A program made the position numbers and the translations under genes. DNA of 64,000 nt from Octopus sinensis (lineage: Eukaryota), in NCBI RefSeq assembly GCF_006345805.1, contig NC_043016.1, positions 28,458,001 through 28,522,000 on the forward strand. Direction: 5' to 3'. This document shows, piece by piece, positions 51,492 to 63,960 of this stretch. The notes beneath the pieces are model-generated. The model was not told where the DNA came from. It did no database searches and saw only the letters and a list, made by a program, of their open reading frames with translations. Position 1 is the first letter of the stretch; each line of letters opens with the position of its first letter.

Positions 51492-52067
51492 AGGTCTGAT
51501 ACTCCCACAGTGTGTATGCTATTTGTAATTTTAAATATATTATGGAAATTTCGGAGAATGTTTTAACTTAATGAAGTGGGAAAACAATTTGGATAATTAG
51601 CAGAACCTAGAAAAACCTGTTTTATGTTTTTGTTGATTTTAAAAGAAGTATTGGAATAGAATTTTCTCTTTTAATGTTTGAAGCAGAAAGCAAAAATTTC
51701 TCCCATTTTTAGAAGAAAACAAAAGATATATCTATATATATATTTCTTTATTTGTGTCTTTTTTTTTTTTTAATACTGTAAAGATGCAACATTTGTGATA
51801 TCATGGTAAGATTAGAACTTAAGAAGGCAATGCCTGTTTCTTCTGTTTAGGTGATTGAATATTGAGTGGAATGCCAGAATAAAAGGAAAATATTAATTTA
51901 TGCTTGATCATTTCAAGTAAGATGTTAAATTTACCAAAGTTTTATCACCTTATGTCAAGTGAAAAATCTCTGTATTTTTGTTTCATATTACATCTATCTC
52001 TTCATCCCAACATTTGGTTCTTTTTAAAACCATTACAGTTATCGCCACACTGGCTTAGTTAATAATA

Positions 52068-52111
<44 letters not shown>

Positions 52112-52419
52112 ATTTCATAAAACTTGTTAACAGTCTTGGATTTCTTACAAATCAGATTTTTCTCCCTTTCTCACTAATCGAATGTGTTTCTCTGAACAAG
52201 AAGTCAAAATTTACACAGCATAACTTAGCTTAATAAAGGAACGAGAGTTTCTTAATTACCTACTGTATTTCCTTTTCACCTTTACTTTTAAAGTTGGCTT
52301 CACATAGGAAGTTAAATCTATTCTAATGTGAGAAACTTACTGAGTGTCATCTATATAGATCTGGGGTGTAGAAATGGTGGTTTACACGTATTGCTGTAAT
52401 TGTTTTTATCTCAGACGCC

Positions 52420-52425
52420 AATAAA
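52420..52425 (+). promoter_or_regulatory. Candidate polyadenylation signal for the E2 gene
   Basis: AATAAA about 1.55 kb after the stop, followed by a TG/T-rich stretch near 52450. Other AATAAA copies exist (e.g. 52064), so usage is unproven. Confidence 0.3.
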
Positions 52426-53189
52426 ATGTTAACTAAGTAAATTTTCTCATTGTGTTTCTTGAAGCTTATCATTTCTTTATTTATTACATGCATTGACATC
52501 CTTTAAAGGTGTGTGTGTGTTTATGTCTGTATGTTATCTATCTTTGGTTATTGTTTTGCATATGGTGCCATACATGTACCCTGTCTGTATAGGACATACA
52601 CATGCATACACTCATACACACATGTATGTATGTGTGTGTATGTATATATATAAAACAAATATATATATATAACAAATGGCCAGCAGTTTACTGATATAAA
52701 ATGGATTTAAATTATTTAATTAAAGGAGGAGCAGATTATAGGATCAAGATTAATATCGTTGCATCTGTGCGTTTGAAATATTTGTTTATTGATTGTATAC
52801 CAATTTGGCTTTTATGCTATTGAAACAAGAAATTCATCTTTTTTTTCTTTTTTAAAGCTACTGTATTATTTACTGTTGTTGTTATTATTTGCAACTTCCT
52901 GAAAATATCTGATGTGTGTGAGAAAGAGAAAGAGAGAGAAAATTATAAATTTTTATCATTAATTATTAGGTGTGTATGATAAAGAGCAAGTAATAATAGT
53001 TCTGAATGAATCATTGCTTTTCTTTATTATCATCATCATTATTATTATTATCATTATTATTAATCGACTAACCATCTCCGCCAAACTTCTGGCCTTGTAC
53101 CTATTTTTGAAATAATTATTTTTATCAAAATAATTTTGTGTATGTTATTAGTTTAGTCAATATTGTGTTAATATTATTGGATGTATTAA

Positions 53190-53395
53190 GGCAGCAAGCT
53201 GGCAGAATTGTTACCATGCCAGGCAAAATGCTTGGCAGCATTTTGTCCATCTTTATATTCTGAGTTCAGATTCCACCAAAGTCAATTTTGCCTGTCTTCC
53301 TTTCGGGGATTGATAAAATTTAGGTACCAGTTAAGCACTGGAGTCACTGTAACTGACTTAGCTGCTCCCCACGAAATTGCTGGCCTTTGTTAAAA
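53190..53395 (+). mobile_element. SINE family A
   Basis: TAAG|GCAGCAAGCTGGCAGAA head, central block and GGCCTTTG..AAAATT tail. Confidence 0.75.
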
Positions 53396-55024
53396 TTCCA
53401 AACTAATATCATTTGGGGTTTTTTTTTAATACTTATTGCAGAAGCAGCTCATATTTCTTTCTTGCCTTTAAATATTTACTTTCATTTCAATGATTACACA
53501 ATTTGTTTTTCACAATTAAAATCTCATAAAGATACTATTTGTTTTAATCATGGATTAAACTTTATTTTAAAACGTTTTTGAAATCAAATTTTTAGCTAGA
53601 TTCATTTGAAAAATTATTTTCTTAATTATTCTGATAGTTTGTTGGTTTCACATCTGTCTTTAATTTTTTTGCTGCCAATCTACCCAAGACTATGACTTCA
53701 CTTTAAAAACCTTCCATTCTTATTTTATTGAAGAACCTTCAATAAATTTAAGTTGCAAACATCAACTTAAATTGAAAAACTTATTTTACTAAATTGCTTC
53801 TATTTCTCGGTTACTTCAAAATAGATTATAACATATAGATAGTACATTCCAGTAGAAATTAGGTAATTATGAAGTTAGCTCTGTCATAACCATGTTTCTA
53901 ATGGAATATTCTACCTATACTCATTTATATAAGTGCATGTTTGCGTTTGTTTTTTTTTTTTGTTATTATTATTTATAGAAGAGCAATGAGCTAGCAGAAT
54001 CATCAGTGTCAAAAAAAAATAAGCATTGCAATATTTCTTCCAGTTCTTTACTCTCTGAGTTTAAGTCCTACTATAGTCAGCTTTGCTTTTTATCCCTTTG
54101 GGAGTCAATAAAATAAAATACTGGTCTAGTACTAGTTTTGCTGTACTTAAGCCTACCCTCTCTCAAATTTTCTGGCCTTATGCTTAAGTTATCAGCTGTT
54201 TTTATTAATTGGAGACCATTATTTAACTATTCTTTGATCAGTCTTCCTGAATAACTAAACATGTCTTATTTAAATTCAAAAGTGACATTTAATTTTTAAA
54301 ACAACATGGTTTCAACAAAATTGAACTTAGTCTTGACAAAATGGAGGGGAAAGTAAGAGCAAAAAGAAAATTACTTTTTCAGAATTGAACATTTCTGTGT
54401 CAATATTTATAATGAAATACCTCTTATGTGTTTCCCAATTAATTTTGAAGACTAATCAAGACTTTGGTGTTAGGATTTAATAAAATACCTAATTTTATCA
54501 TTTTTAAGTTAATCCTTTTTGTACCAATCCACCTGTGACCATCCTTGATTTTATGGTAGAAACTTCCTGTTTTAAAGTAATGTAAATTAAAAGACTTCCA
54601 TCAAAATTTCATATTTATATTCCAAATTCCAGCTTAATAAATATAAACACTTTATATAAATATAAATATAAAGCATCAAAACAAGAGATTTTTCGAATTT
54701 GAATTTTAGTCATAAATTGCTTAAATTCTTGAAACAATTTCTCTATTACAAAATCAATATATTTGTTAGTTTCTATCATTCTGTTTATTTCATGTGTGTG
54801 TGTGGGTAGGTGGGTGGGTGATGGTGATACAAATATATAAAGATGATTGATTTAAAATATAATAGTTCAGATTATTTCATGACATTTACGCAGAATAGTT
54901 CTATTGTAATATGCAATTGTTGGTACCAAAATATTGGCTTACTTCCTGTTCTTATTTGGGATAAGCATGAAATGAACTCTTACTGCTTCATATTGCATCA
55001 AGTGCATAAAAGTTTTCGACATTT

Positions 55025-55330
55025 CATCATCATCATCATTTAACATCCTTTTCCGTGCTAGCACGGGTTGGACGGTTTGACTGGGGTCTGGGAAGCCAGG
55101 AGGCTGCACCAGGCTCCAGTCTGATCTGGCAGTGTTTCTACAGCTGGATGCCCTTCCTAATGCCAACCACTCTGTGAGTGTACTGGGTGCTTTTTACATG
55201 CCACCGGCACGGAAGCCAGTCAAGGTGGCGCTGGAACAGCCACATTCAGATGGTGCTTTTTACGTGCTGCCGGCACTGGTATCACAACTACAATTTCCAT
55301 TTGATATTTATTTTGATGTTAATGTACTTG
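55025..55330 (-). mobile_element. (GAT)n-tailed RTE 3'-end element
   Basis: (CAT)n, CCGTGCTAGCACGG and GCTGGATGCCCTTCCTAA. Confidence 0.85.
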
Positions 55331-56133
55331 ACTCAATAGGTCTCCTCTCCACTGTAGTTCTATTTTCAAAAGTTCAGATTCATTACTGAAAGTATAAATA
55401 TATTTAACAATACATGCATGTGCACACACATTTTCCCACCTGACCAGATGCTTATACTTACAGCATATTTTACTGCTCACATTGGAAACTAGCTATTCAT
55501 TCCTTTAAAAATTACATTTTAACTGATTCTTTTGGGCCTCTTTTCTTCTGACCCTATTTCCAAATCTCTTATTCATACATTCTCATATTTGTGTATGTGT
55601 GTGTGAAGCACTTTATGAACTTAATTTCATAGTTCCAGATTTGGTTCGCTATGCAGTTCCTTGTGCACAAGGCTTATATTAGAAGACACTTGTCCAGATT
55701 GCCACACCAAGGGACCGAACACAAACCCATTGGGTTTCTTTTTTTTTTTTGTGCAAAATAAAACCTGGTGTGAAAACGTTAGATGACAGTACCACCATAT
55801 AATACAACAAAATATACACAAATAAATAAAATGAAATAAAAAAAAAGTTAACTGTAGAAGCTTTATTGAAGACAAAATACAAACTAAAACAACCACAGAT
55901 ATGACACATGTAAAGTAAAACATTAAATAAATCAAGAGTTTGAAGTTAAACAACTTTAATTTCTGGTGATGATTTTTTTTTTACTTACATTATTCTTATG
56001 ATCCTTTACTTCAAAACATAGAGAAAAAGAAACATGGCAGTACAATAGGTCATTCATATGAATGGACTAAGGCTTGAAATATTAATGGATTCAAGAACAA
56101 TGTTCTAAATCAAGCATAAAGAACTAATATGGA

Positions 56134-56347
56134 AATATGAAATAGCTTTTGTATACAAGAATAAATTTTTAATATAACTTCCAGAGAAAAACTATTCCCT
56201 TTGTGTATAAATGTATGTCTCTCTTTGATTATATATAATATATATATAATGAAAGAGAGACATACATAGTTTTTCTCTGGAACTTATATTAAAAATTTAT
56301 TCTTGTATACAAAAGCTATTATATATATATATATATATTTCATATAT
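56134..56347. repeat. Near-perfect long inverted repeat with 3-nt loop
   Basis: 56141-56320 folds into about 80 bp with two mismatches, a 17-nt one-sided insertion (56196-56212) and loop ATA (56238-56240). Confidence 0.9.
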
Positions 56348-57162
56348 GTATGTATGTTTGTATGTATAAGACTGTCATAACATTTATAATATATACAAGA
56401 TGTTTGCTTCTTAACCAGGTTTGGGGGTTTATTCCATTATTATCTAGGACAAGTGTCTTCTACTATAACTCTAGGATAACCAAAGACTTTTGTGTAAATT
56501 TCATAGGCAAAAATTGAAAGTCCAGCATGTATATTTTATGTGTGTTTCTGTCTCTTTGTCTTGACATCATGTGATAATTATGGACAAGCTGTGTGCTTGT
56601 TTCTAAATTTTTCCATAAAAACATGTCTGGTCATGGGGAAAGTTTTACCTTGCCTGAAAACAGGAGAGGTTTGACAACAGGAAGAGTATCCAACTGTTGA
56701 AAATCTATCACACTGAATTCCATCTGACCTATGGAAAAGTAGATATTAAAATGGTTATATTTATATCGATAAAATATATGTAGTTCTTGGTTATGGCTTG
56801 TCAGAAAGTTACCATTGGTTTCATGTCTACTATTACACTTAGCAATATATGTGACTCATCAGACCTGCTGGCTGGGATGCCTATCCTCTTTACTAATGGA
56901 GGTAAAAATACAGTCTCAGTGGTGGAAAAAAAAGTCTATGCAAAATGAAAGCCCTTCTAGGAGAGATGGAGTCCCCCCCCCCCCCCATCCTTTGAATGGT
57001 CTGCTGTGTTGGAAAAGGGTCAGGTTATTTATATTTTCCATTTACTAGTCAGCAAGCAAGGAAGCCCATGTTTTCAGCACAAATTTTCTATCATCAGAGC
57101 ACTGACTAAAAATTTCATTTTTGAATTTAAGAAGGCACCATATCATGCAATTTGTGTGTGTG

Positions 57163-57209
<47 letters not shown>

Positions 57210-58368
57210 TGGATCCAAAAAATATAATAATCACTGTAAAGTGAGGAATTGGCAAAGTTCTAGCTTAGCACAGAGGTCAGTCTAATTGACGAAACCTTTC
57301 CTCCAGTTTCCACACATGATTATATATACTCTTGCTGACCCCCACCCACCCACCCACCCACAGTCATAGTTCTTCTGTTCCAACATACTTCAACTCACCT
57401 TGTACCTCGAGGAAGTGCCTGGAATTGCAGCTTCTACTGATCATTCTCACACTTTTCCTAAATGTGAGTAGCCATATAGCTCTTCTATGACAAGAAATTG
57501 CTCATTCTCCCTCCCTCCTCTCACACTTTAACCCTTCAGTTCCTCATATAAGAATCCACTTTGAATTTTGTTGGATTTGCAAGCTGCACGGTGACCTGAC
57601 TTGTGCCAATGGCATGAAAGACACACCCAACACATGCTGTAAAGTTGGCATTAGGAAGGGTATCCAGCTGTAGAAAGCATGCCAAACAGACACTGAAGTA
57701 TGATGCAGTCATTGTTGGACTGATCAGATCCTATCAAACTGTCAAACCCATGCCAGCATGGAACATGGATGTTAAACAATGATGAAGATGATGATGATTG
57801 TTGGTTTCTAAAGCAGTGTTTGCCAAGATGAAATTTTCATTATATATAGTAGTTGATGAAGGAAGGTAGTGGTATGAGACAGTAAGGTTTGGTGTAGATG
57901 AAGTAAACAAACAAGAGGCTGGAGAAAATATTGAATATGCTTTGTTAAAATAGTAACAATGTTGAGTTGCATTTGCAGTTAAGAGGAAGGTTTGTGATGC
58001 AAAGAATTTTTTTTCAGTCAGGGATTTTGTTTTTAGAAAAGTGTTTTTTTTTTTTCATTAGTATATGTAAATACATAGAAATATATGGACATCTAAATAA
58101 TTTGTAAACAATGAGTATGCTTAAGATTTACCACTATATGAATAAGCATTGGCCTATATAAGTATATATACCATATTGCACCTGTGGATAGTCATCAGTT
58201 TGCAGTCTGTTCGATATAGTTGAACTCCAATCTTTAACTTTTTGAGACCAATAGAATAAGTATCAGACTTAAAAATATGTACTGGAGTTGATTTATTCAC
58301 CTAAAACCTTGAAGGGTTTAGCATGGCTGCAATCCAATGACTGAAACATGTAACAGATAAAAGATATA

Positions 58369-58426
<58 letters not shown>

Positions 58427-59039
58427 GTATGAAATAAATGCAGTCAAATACAGGGGTTAAAAAATGGATAAAGAAAAAGTACCAGGGTGGATAGGGGTAT
58501 GGAACAGTAGGTGAAGAATGTCAATTGAAATAAATCTAATTTAAATAGAGTTCCTACTGAAGCATTGATACCAAATAAAAAGAATTATAAACATGGACAC
58601 TTTCATCAAAGCAGTTACTGTTTAAAGAATCCACTATAAGTGATGATTTAAAGTCAAACATTTCATATTAAAAATAATTGATTCTAATTTAGGCAGGTGG
58701 GTTAGTTGATTACATTGACTCCAGCCCTTGACTGATTCTTTATTGTATTGACTGCTGAAGGATGACCTTGGCAAGGTTTGAACTCAGAATGTAAAGAGCC
58801 AATTTGCAAAGCATATTGTGCAGTGTTTTAATGATTCTGTCAATCCACTATCTTTTAGTCAGTATTAATAATAACAATAATGATATTAATAATAATAATT
58901 ATTATGATAAAATCAATATTAATTTCTTTATTCAGTGCATGTTTAGTATATATTTAACTATACAAGCAATTTCATTATATATTGTATATTGGCATAAATA
59001 TATTTTGTATACATGTATTAATATTACACACACACACAG

Positions 59040-59400
59040 AGTATTGTCTTAAATAGTAGGTCTTCAACATATGAAGCTTTAGCAGAATTCCTGCAGACAG
59101 CTACTTTTAGCTTGAAGAACTTCGATGAATAAGAGGTAGCTAACCAGACTTTAGTAGACACTTCCTGGAATACTAATTTCTATACTGAACTCCTTGCGAA
59201 GTCTCACTTTGCTGATGGCATCTCTGTACATACCTCAACAACACACAAGCCATTCATCTGTACCTAGTTTCCTCAAAGACCACTAAACTGTAGATCAGGG
59301 TACCTTATCAGAGGCCTTCTCTGGGTCAACAAGCATTAGGTCTTTAGACATAGCTCTTACTGCCATAAGGCAGCTGCAAAGTGGGGAGGATAAAGTTGAC
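59040..59400 (-). mobile_element. Decayed RTE RT fragment
   Basis: Minus-strand LVDPEKASDKVP...SLRKLG.DEWL (DLEKAFDRVP-type motif). Confidence 0.7.
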
Positions 59401-60362
59401 TGTATATGACAGAGTCGAAAAGCAGTGGGACAAAGTCTGTATATGTATAATAAAATGAGAGTTAGAGGGAACACTGTGTGTTTATGTGAGATAGAGTGAC
59501 AGATACATCTGTACATTTCTCCCTCTTTTTCTCCTCTCATAGTTTACCTTTCAACACATGGCATAAAACCACCTTCTCATCTCGTCGCTCTTTCTGCTTA
59601 GCAGTGATAGTGGTGATGGTGGGGGTTATTCCTTTTCCTTTTCCCCTGATCTTTCAAGTTACTTGTTGATTTCACTATTGCTAGCGGCATGCAAAAGGCA
59701 CCTAGCACACACAATAATAAAGTAGCTGGCATTAGGAAGGATATTGAGTCACAAGACACTGGAATTCAGCAAAGCCGTGTGGCTTACTACTAGATCCTGT
59801 CAAATAGTCCAGCCCATGCCAGCATGGAAAATGGACTTTAAATGATGATGATATAGTGATACAGTGATATATCTGTAGAGATCAACTAAAAACCCTATTC
59901 ACATATCTGTGTCTTTGTCTAAGTAATGTTTTGCCTAATCAGTGTTTGAAATATGCTGTAATTCTTTACTGTAATGAAATGAGAGCAACTTTTACAATTT
60001 TGCAATAACATTATTTTTATATCATTGTGTTTGTTATTATTTTAGTTCCATTATTTCATTAGATGTTCCTAAGTTTTTTCTTCTATGTTTTATATTTTTT
60101 ATTTTATTTATTTTTTTTTTTTTTCTTGCAATAAAATTTTAAACATGGTGATGATGATAACAATTTGTAACTTCTATTTAGACACAAGACCTGCAATTTT
60201 GAAGGAAGAGGGTTAGTCAAATTAAATCCACAGAAGCAATCTTTGTGGAATGGGAGTTACTGTTGAACTCAGAACGTAAAGAGCCAGGACAAATGCTGCA
60301 AGACAATTTTTTGATAAATGATTTTGTCACTCTACAGCATCTAAAATAATAATAATAATAAC

Positions 60363-60661
60363 AATAGACAATAAGAGTGATGTGATTTGTAATAGATTAT
60401 TTATTTAACAGTTTCAACAATATTTGAACAGATTCTCTGTCTTCAGGTTCAAAATGGAAAATGGAGAAAAACTGCAGAAACACAGAAATTCAAAATACGA
60501 ATGTGGAAATCCTGCATTTATATTTTGAATTTCTGTGTTGCTTCAGTTTGTAGTTTTGTCTATTTTCCCTTTTGAACCAGAAGAATCTGTTCAAATATTG
60601 TTCAAACTGTTTCAATAGACAATCCATTACAAATCACACCATGCTCTTCTTATTGTCTGTT
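60363..60661. mobile_element. About 300-bp foldback element, possibly an inverted Penelope pseudo-LTR pair
   Basis: AATAGACAATAAG / CTTATTGTCTGTT termini; complementary blocks run almost to the centre (about 60500-60520). Confidence 0.8.
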
Positions 60662-61214
60662 TACCTTTGTGAAGAGTCAATCTTTAAAAATTATTATTAT
60701 CAATGATAATCCTCTCTGTTATAGGCACAGAGCTTGAAAGTGGGGAGGGAACTATCCGATTACTTTAACGTCAGTACTTAACTGGAACTTATTTTATTGA
60801 CACCCAAATGGATTGAAAGACAAAATCAGCCTTGGTTGGATTTGAACTTCAAAAATACAAAAAGACAGACGGGATGTTGCTAAGGATTTTGTCCAGCATG
60901 CTAATGTTTCTGCTACTTTGCCACTTTAATAATAATAATAATAATGATAATGATGATTAAAAAAATAATAATAATAATGATAATGATGATAATAATAATA
61001 ATAGTAATAGTAATAATATTGAGGAAAAAAGTGAAAAACAAATGTCTTTGTCTCCCGAAAAATTTCAGGTAATAAGAGTTTAATATCTTTATTTCTTTAA
61101 AAGAAGAAAACCCTGTTTACCTAAAGACTTAATATACTTGGGTAGTATTCATTCAAGTTCACATTCTGAAGCTAAAATGATTTTTTCTTTTAAATTTGTT
61201 TTTCCTCATTTTAA

Positions 61215-61501
61215 CTATCTTGAGAATTTCAGGTAGGTACTGATGGATTTCTTTGTTTGGTCATTTTTTTCTCTTTTTCTTTTTTTTTTTAAAATCTTTT
61301 TCCCCCTTTTTTTTTCTTCCACATTTCTGTCTGTGTGCACACACAGGGGTGTGTATATGTGACAATGATATCCATTTCCATTCAGTAATCCAGTTTTCTT
61401 GGCTCTGTTATAAAGTTTGTTGGTAACCAATTTTTTCCAAAGTTGATTCTTCCATCCATCATTAGACTTAAACTTAACTCCTTCGACACATTCTTCAAAA
61501 G
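61215..61501 (-). CDS. Candidate terminal coding exon of an unidentified convergent gene
   Basis: CTAAT branch-like motif, TGTTTGTTCTATAAG acceptor with an in-frame stop just upstream, 94 open codons (FEECVEGVKFKSNDGWKNQLWKKLVTNKLYNRAKKTGLLNGNGYHCH...), TAG, then AATAAA at 61088-61093 on the minus strand. No homology recognised. Confidence 0.35.
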
Positions 61502-62015
61502 CTTATAGAACAAACATTTGTTATTAGGTGTTGCTTTTAACACTGAAACACTGTGTCCACGTGAAAGGTCACTGAATTACTAACAATTCCATAAAATGGT
61601 CCTTGCCAAAACTGACAGCATGCAGTGCAGATTTATAAACATCCTTTTAAAAATATTTATAGAGCTTAATATGCCTTCATGTATATATACATATATATAT
61701 ATAGCAATTAATAATATACTTAATTTTGTAATTTTTTTCTATTTTTTATTTATTTTATGTTTTTTTTAACTGATATTTATTTTAAAATCAAGACAGAATA
61801 TCTTCTTTACATGAAACTAATTCTGTTATTCAGAAAATTCAAATCAAAATAGATTCCTCTTGCAGCTGCCATTTCCATTGTTGAGAAATATTATATTATC
61901 TGCTGATTGCAATGTTGTTATAGAAGGTATGTGGTCATTTTAATAGGGTGTCCATTATAATTTCATATGGACAATGGCTGCATCTGTTGTCAAATCATTA
62001 TTTTACATTAACTTC

Positions 62016-62072
<57 letters not shown>

Positions 62073-62756
62073 ATTTAGTTTGACGATTAACCATTTTTTC
62101 CCCATGTTATTACATTTAGTTGTTGCATTAAGTGTTTGTAGTAAAGCCTTGGATACTGTAATAAATTACTTGTTTTTGCAGAATGTTGTTACTGTCCTTC
62201 TTTTATTCTTATGTGTGTGTGTGTATATGTGTATGTATATATGTGTGTGTGTATGTATATATATGTATGTGTATATATATATATATATATATGTGTGTGT
62301 ATATATATTTCAAAATATGTGTGTGCGTATATATATACATACATGTATATGTATATATAGTTGAGGTAAGAAAAAAAGTTTTTCTTTGAGACCTAAAGGT
62401 GTCAGGTAATGCTGAATAAGTGCTACAGACAGACCATAGTTAAGTTCTAGATTTGGTAATTTTGCGAATAAGAGATTCAACGATGGTTCTATGTCAGCGT
62501 GTGTATATAAGAATTTTTTGCATAATAAGATAAAAAACCAAGGCTTTGTAGATATTAGATATATATATATATATATAATTATAAATATAATTAAGGGTTT
62601 AGCAACAAGTTGCTTCACCACATACCGAAAATTTAGAAATAGCAGCCAAAGACAGCTAATTCTTTTCACTACAGATATGACTCCACATATAACAATATTT
62701 GTAACTCACATAGGCAAAAATTAGAAAAAATAACAAAATCAAACAGTCTTCAATTA

Positions 62757-62814
62757 ATTATGGACGCGTTTCTGGATTAGAATTATAAAAATTCATTTCT
62801 GTCATCAACATAAT
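62757..62814 (-). ncRNA. Minimal hammerhead motif with C3U change
   Basis: Minus strand: ATTATG-TTGATGA-(29-nt imperfect stem II)-GAAA-CGCGTC-CATAAT. Confidence 0.7.
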
Positions 62815-63052
62815 ATTTCGAGAATTATAAATTTGAAAATGCTAGAAAACCTACCCTTTGCATCTTCGACTGAGCGCCATAGAAACATAACAGAAGGTAG
62901 TCAGCACATCCAAATTCATATACACGAGTGGATTCATATTTTCCCTCCAAGATTACCATGTGCGTCACAAGATAGCGCAGAAAGAAAACCGCAGTTTGCT
63001 ATCAGGGAGTGAAATTAATAAATTAATAATTCTTTACCCTATATCTGTAATG

Positions 63053-63128
<76 letters not shown>

Positions 63129-63139
63129 GAAGTACCTCA

Positions 63140-63650
63140 AAGGTCAATTACAAAAAGTGATAGCTGGCATGACAGGCTTGACTATTGAGGTCAACTAGAA
63201 AAGCTCAAACTCTATTCTCTCCAGTGCCGCCATGAGTGCTACATTATCTGCATGATGCAGAAAATATTCCATCATCATTGTCCAAATGATGTTGGCATCA
63301 CCTTTAAGATACACCCAAGACTTGGGCCCTGTGCTATCCACCCACAACATAAATCATACTTGCATCACACAACAAAAATATGGCACAATTATTTCACCTC
63401 AATTGGCCCTGCTCTCTTTAACATTACACCAAAACATTAAAACAGAAACGGACTCCATAAAGTTCAAGAAATCTTTGGAGAAATTCCTTCCAGAAATCCC
63501 AGATAAACTTCCTACACCCGGATATGTCCCTGTAAACAATAACTCTCTACTCGAGTGAGCTCTGTTGTCCAATTCCTTATTTGAATGACTTTGCCTGGTG
63601 GTGCTATTAAGTTAGACATGGCCTGGGCCAATACAGGCTGAAACCTATCA
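63140..63650 (+). mobile_element. CR1-group LINE 3' end
   Basis: LEKLKLYSLQ..., FTSIGPALFN, FKKSLEKFLPEIPDK.PTPGY...NSLLE* (ORF track 63252 and 63286), then a short UTR. Confidence 0.75.
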
Positions 63651-63665
63651 GAGTATATGTATATG

Positions 63666-63695
<30 letters not shown>

Positions 63696-63696
<1 letters not shown>

Positions 63697-63852
63697 CATC
63701 ATCATCATCATCATCATCATCATTTAGCGTCCGTTCTCCATGCTAGCATGGGTTGGACGGTTCGACTGGGGTCTGTGAAGCTGGAAGGCTTCATCAGGCC
63801 CAGTCAGATCTGGCAGTGTTTCTACGGCTGGATGCTCTTCCTAACGCCAACA
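63696..63852 (-). mobile_element. (GAT)n-tailed RTE 3'-end element, short
   Basis: (CAT)n, CCATGCTAGCATGG and GCTGGATGCTCTTCCTAACGCCAAC. Confidence 0.85.
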
Positions 63853-63929
63853 TGTGTGTATACATATATATTTATTTACATGTGTATATGTGCATATATA
63901 TATATATACATTTACACGTATGTATGTGC

Positions 63930-63960
<31 letters not shown>

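Noticed and set aside
63610-63652. GGCCTG...CAGGCT-GAAAC-CTATC at the CR1-group 3' end
   Set aside because: Hairpin and GAAAC are present but there is no CTGANGA; more simply a LINE 3' stem-loop.
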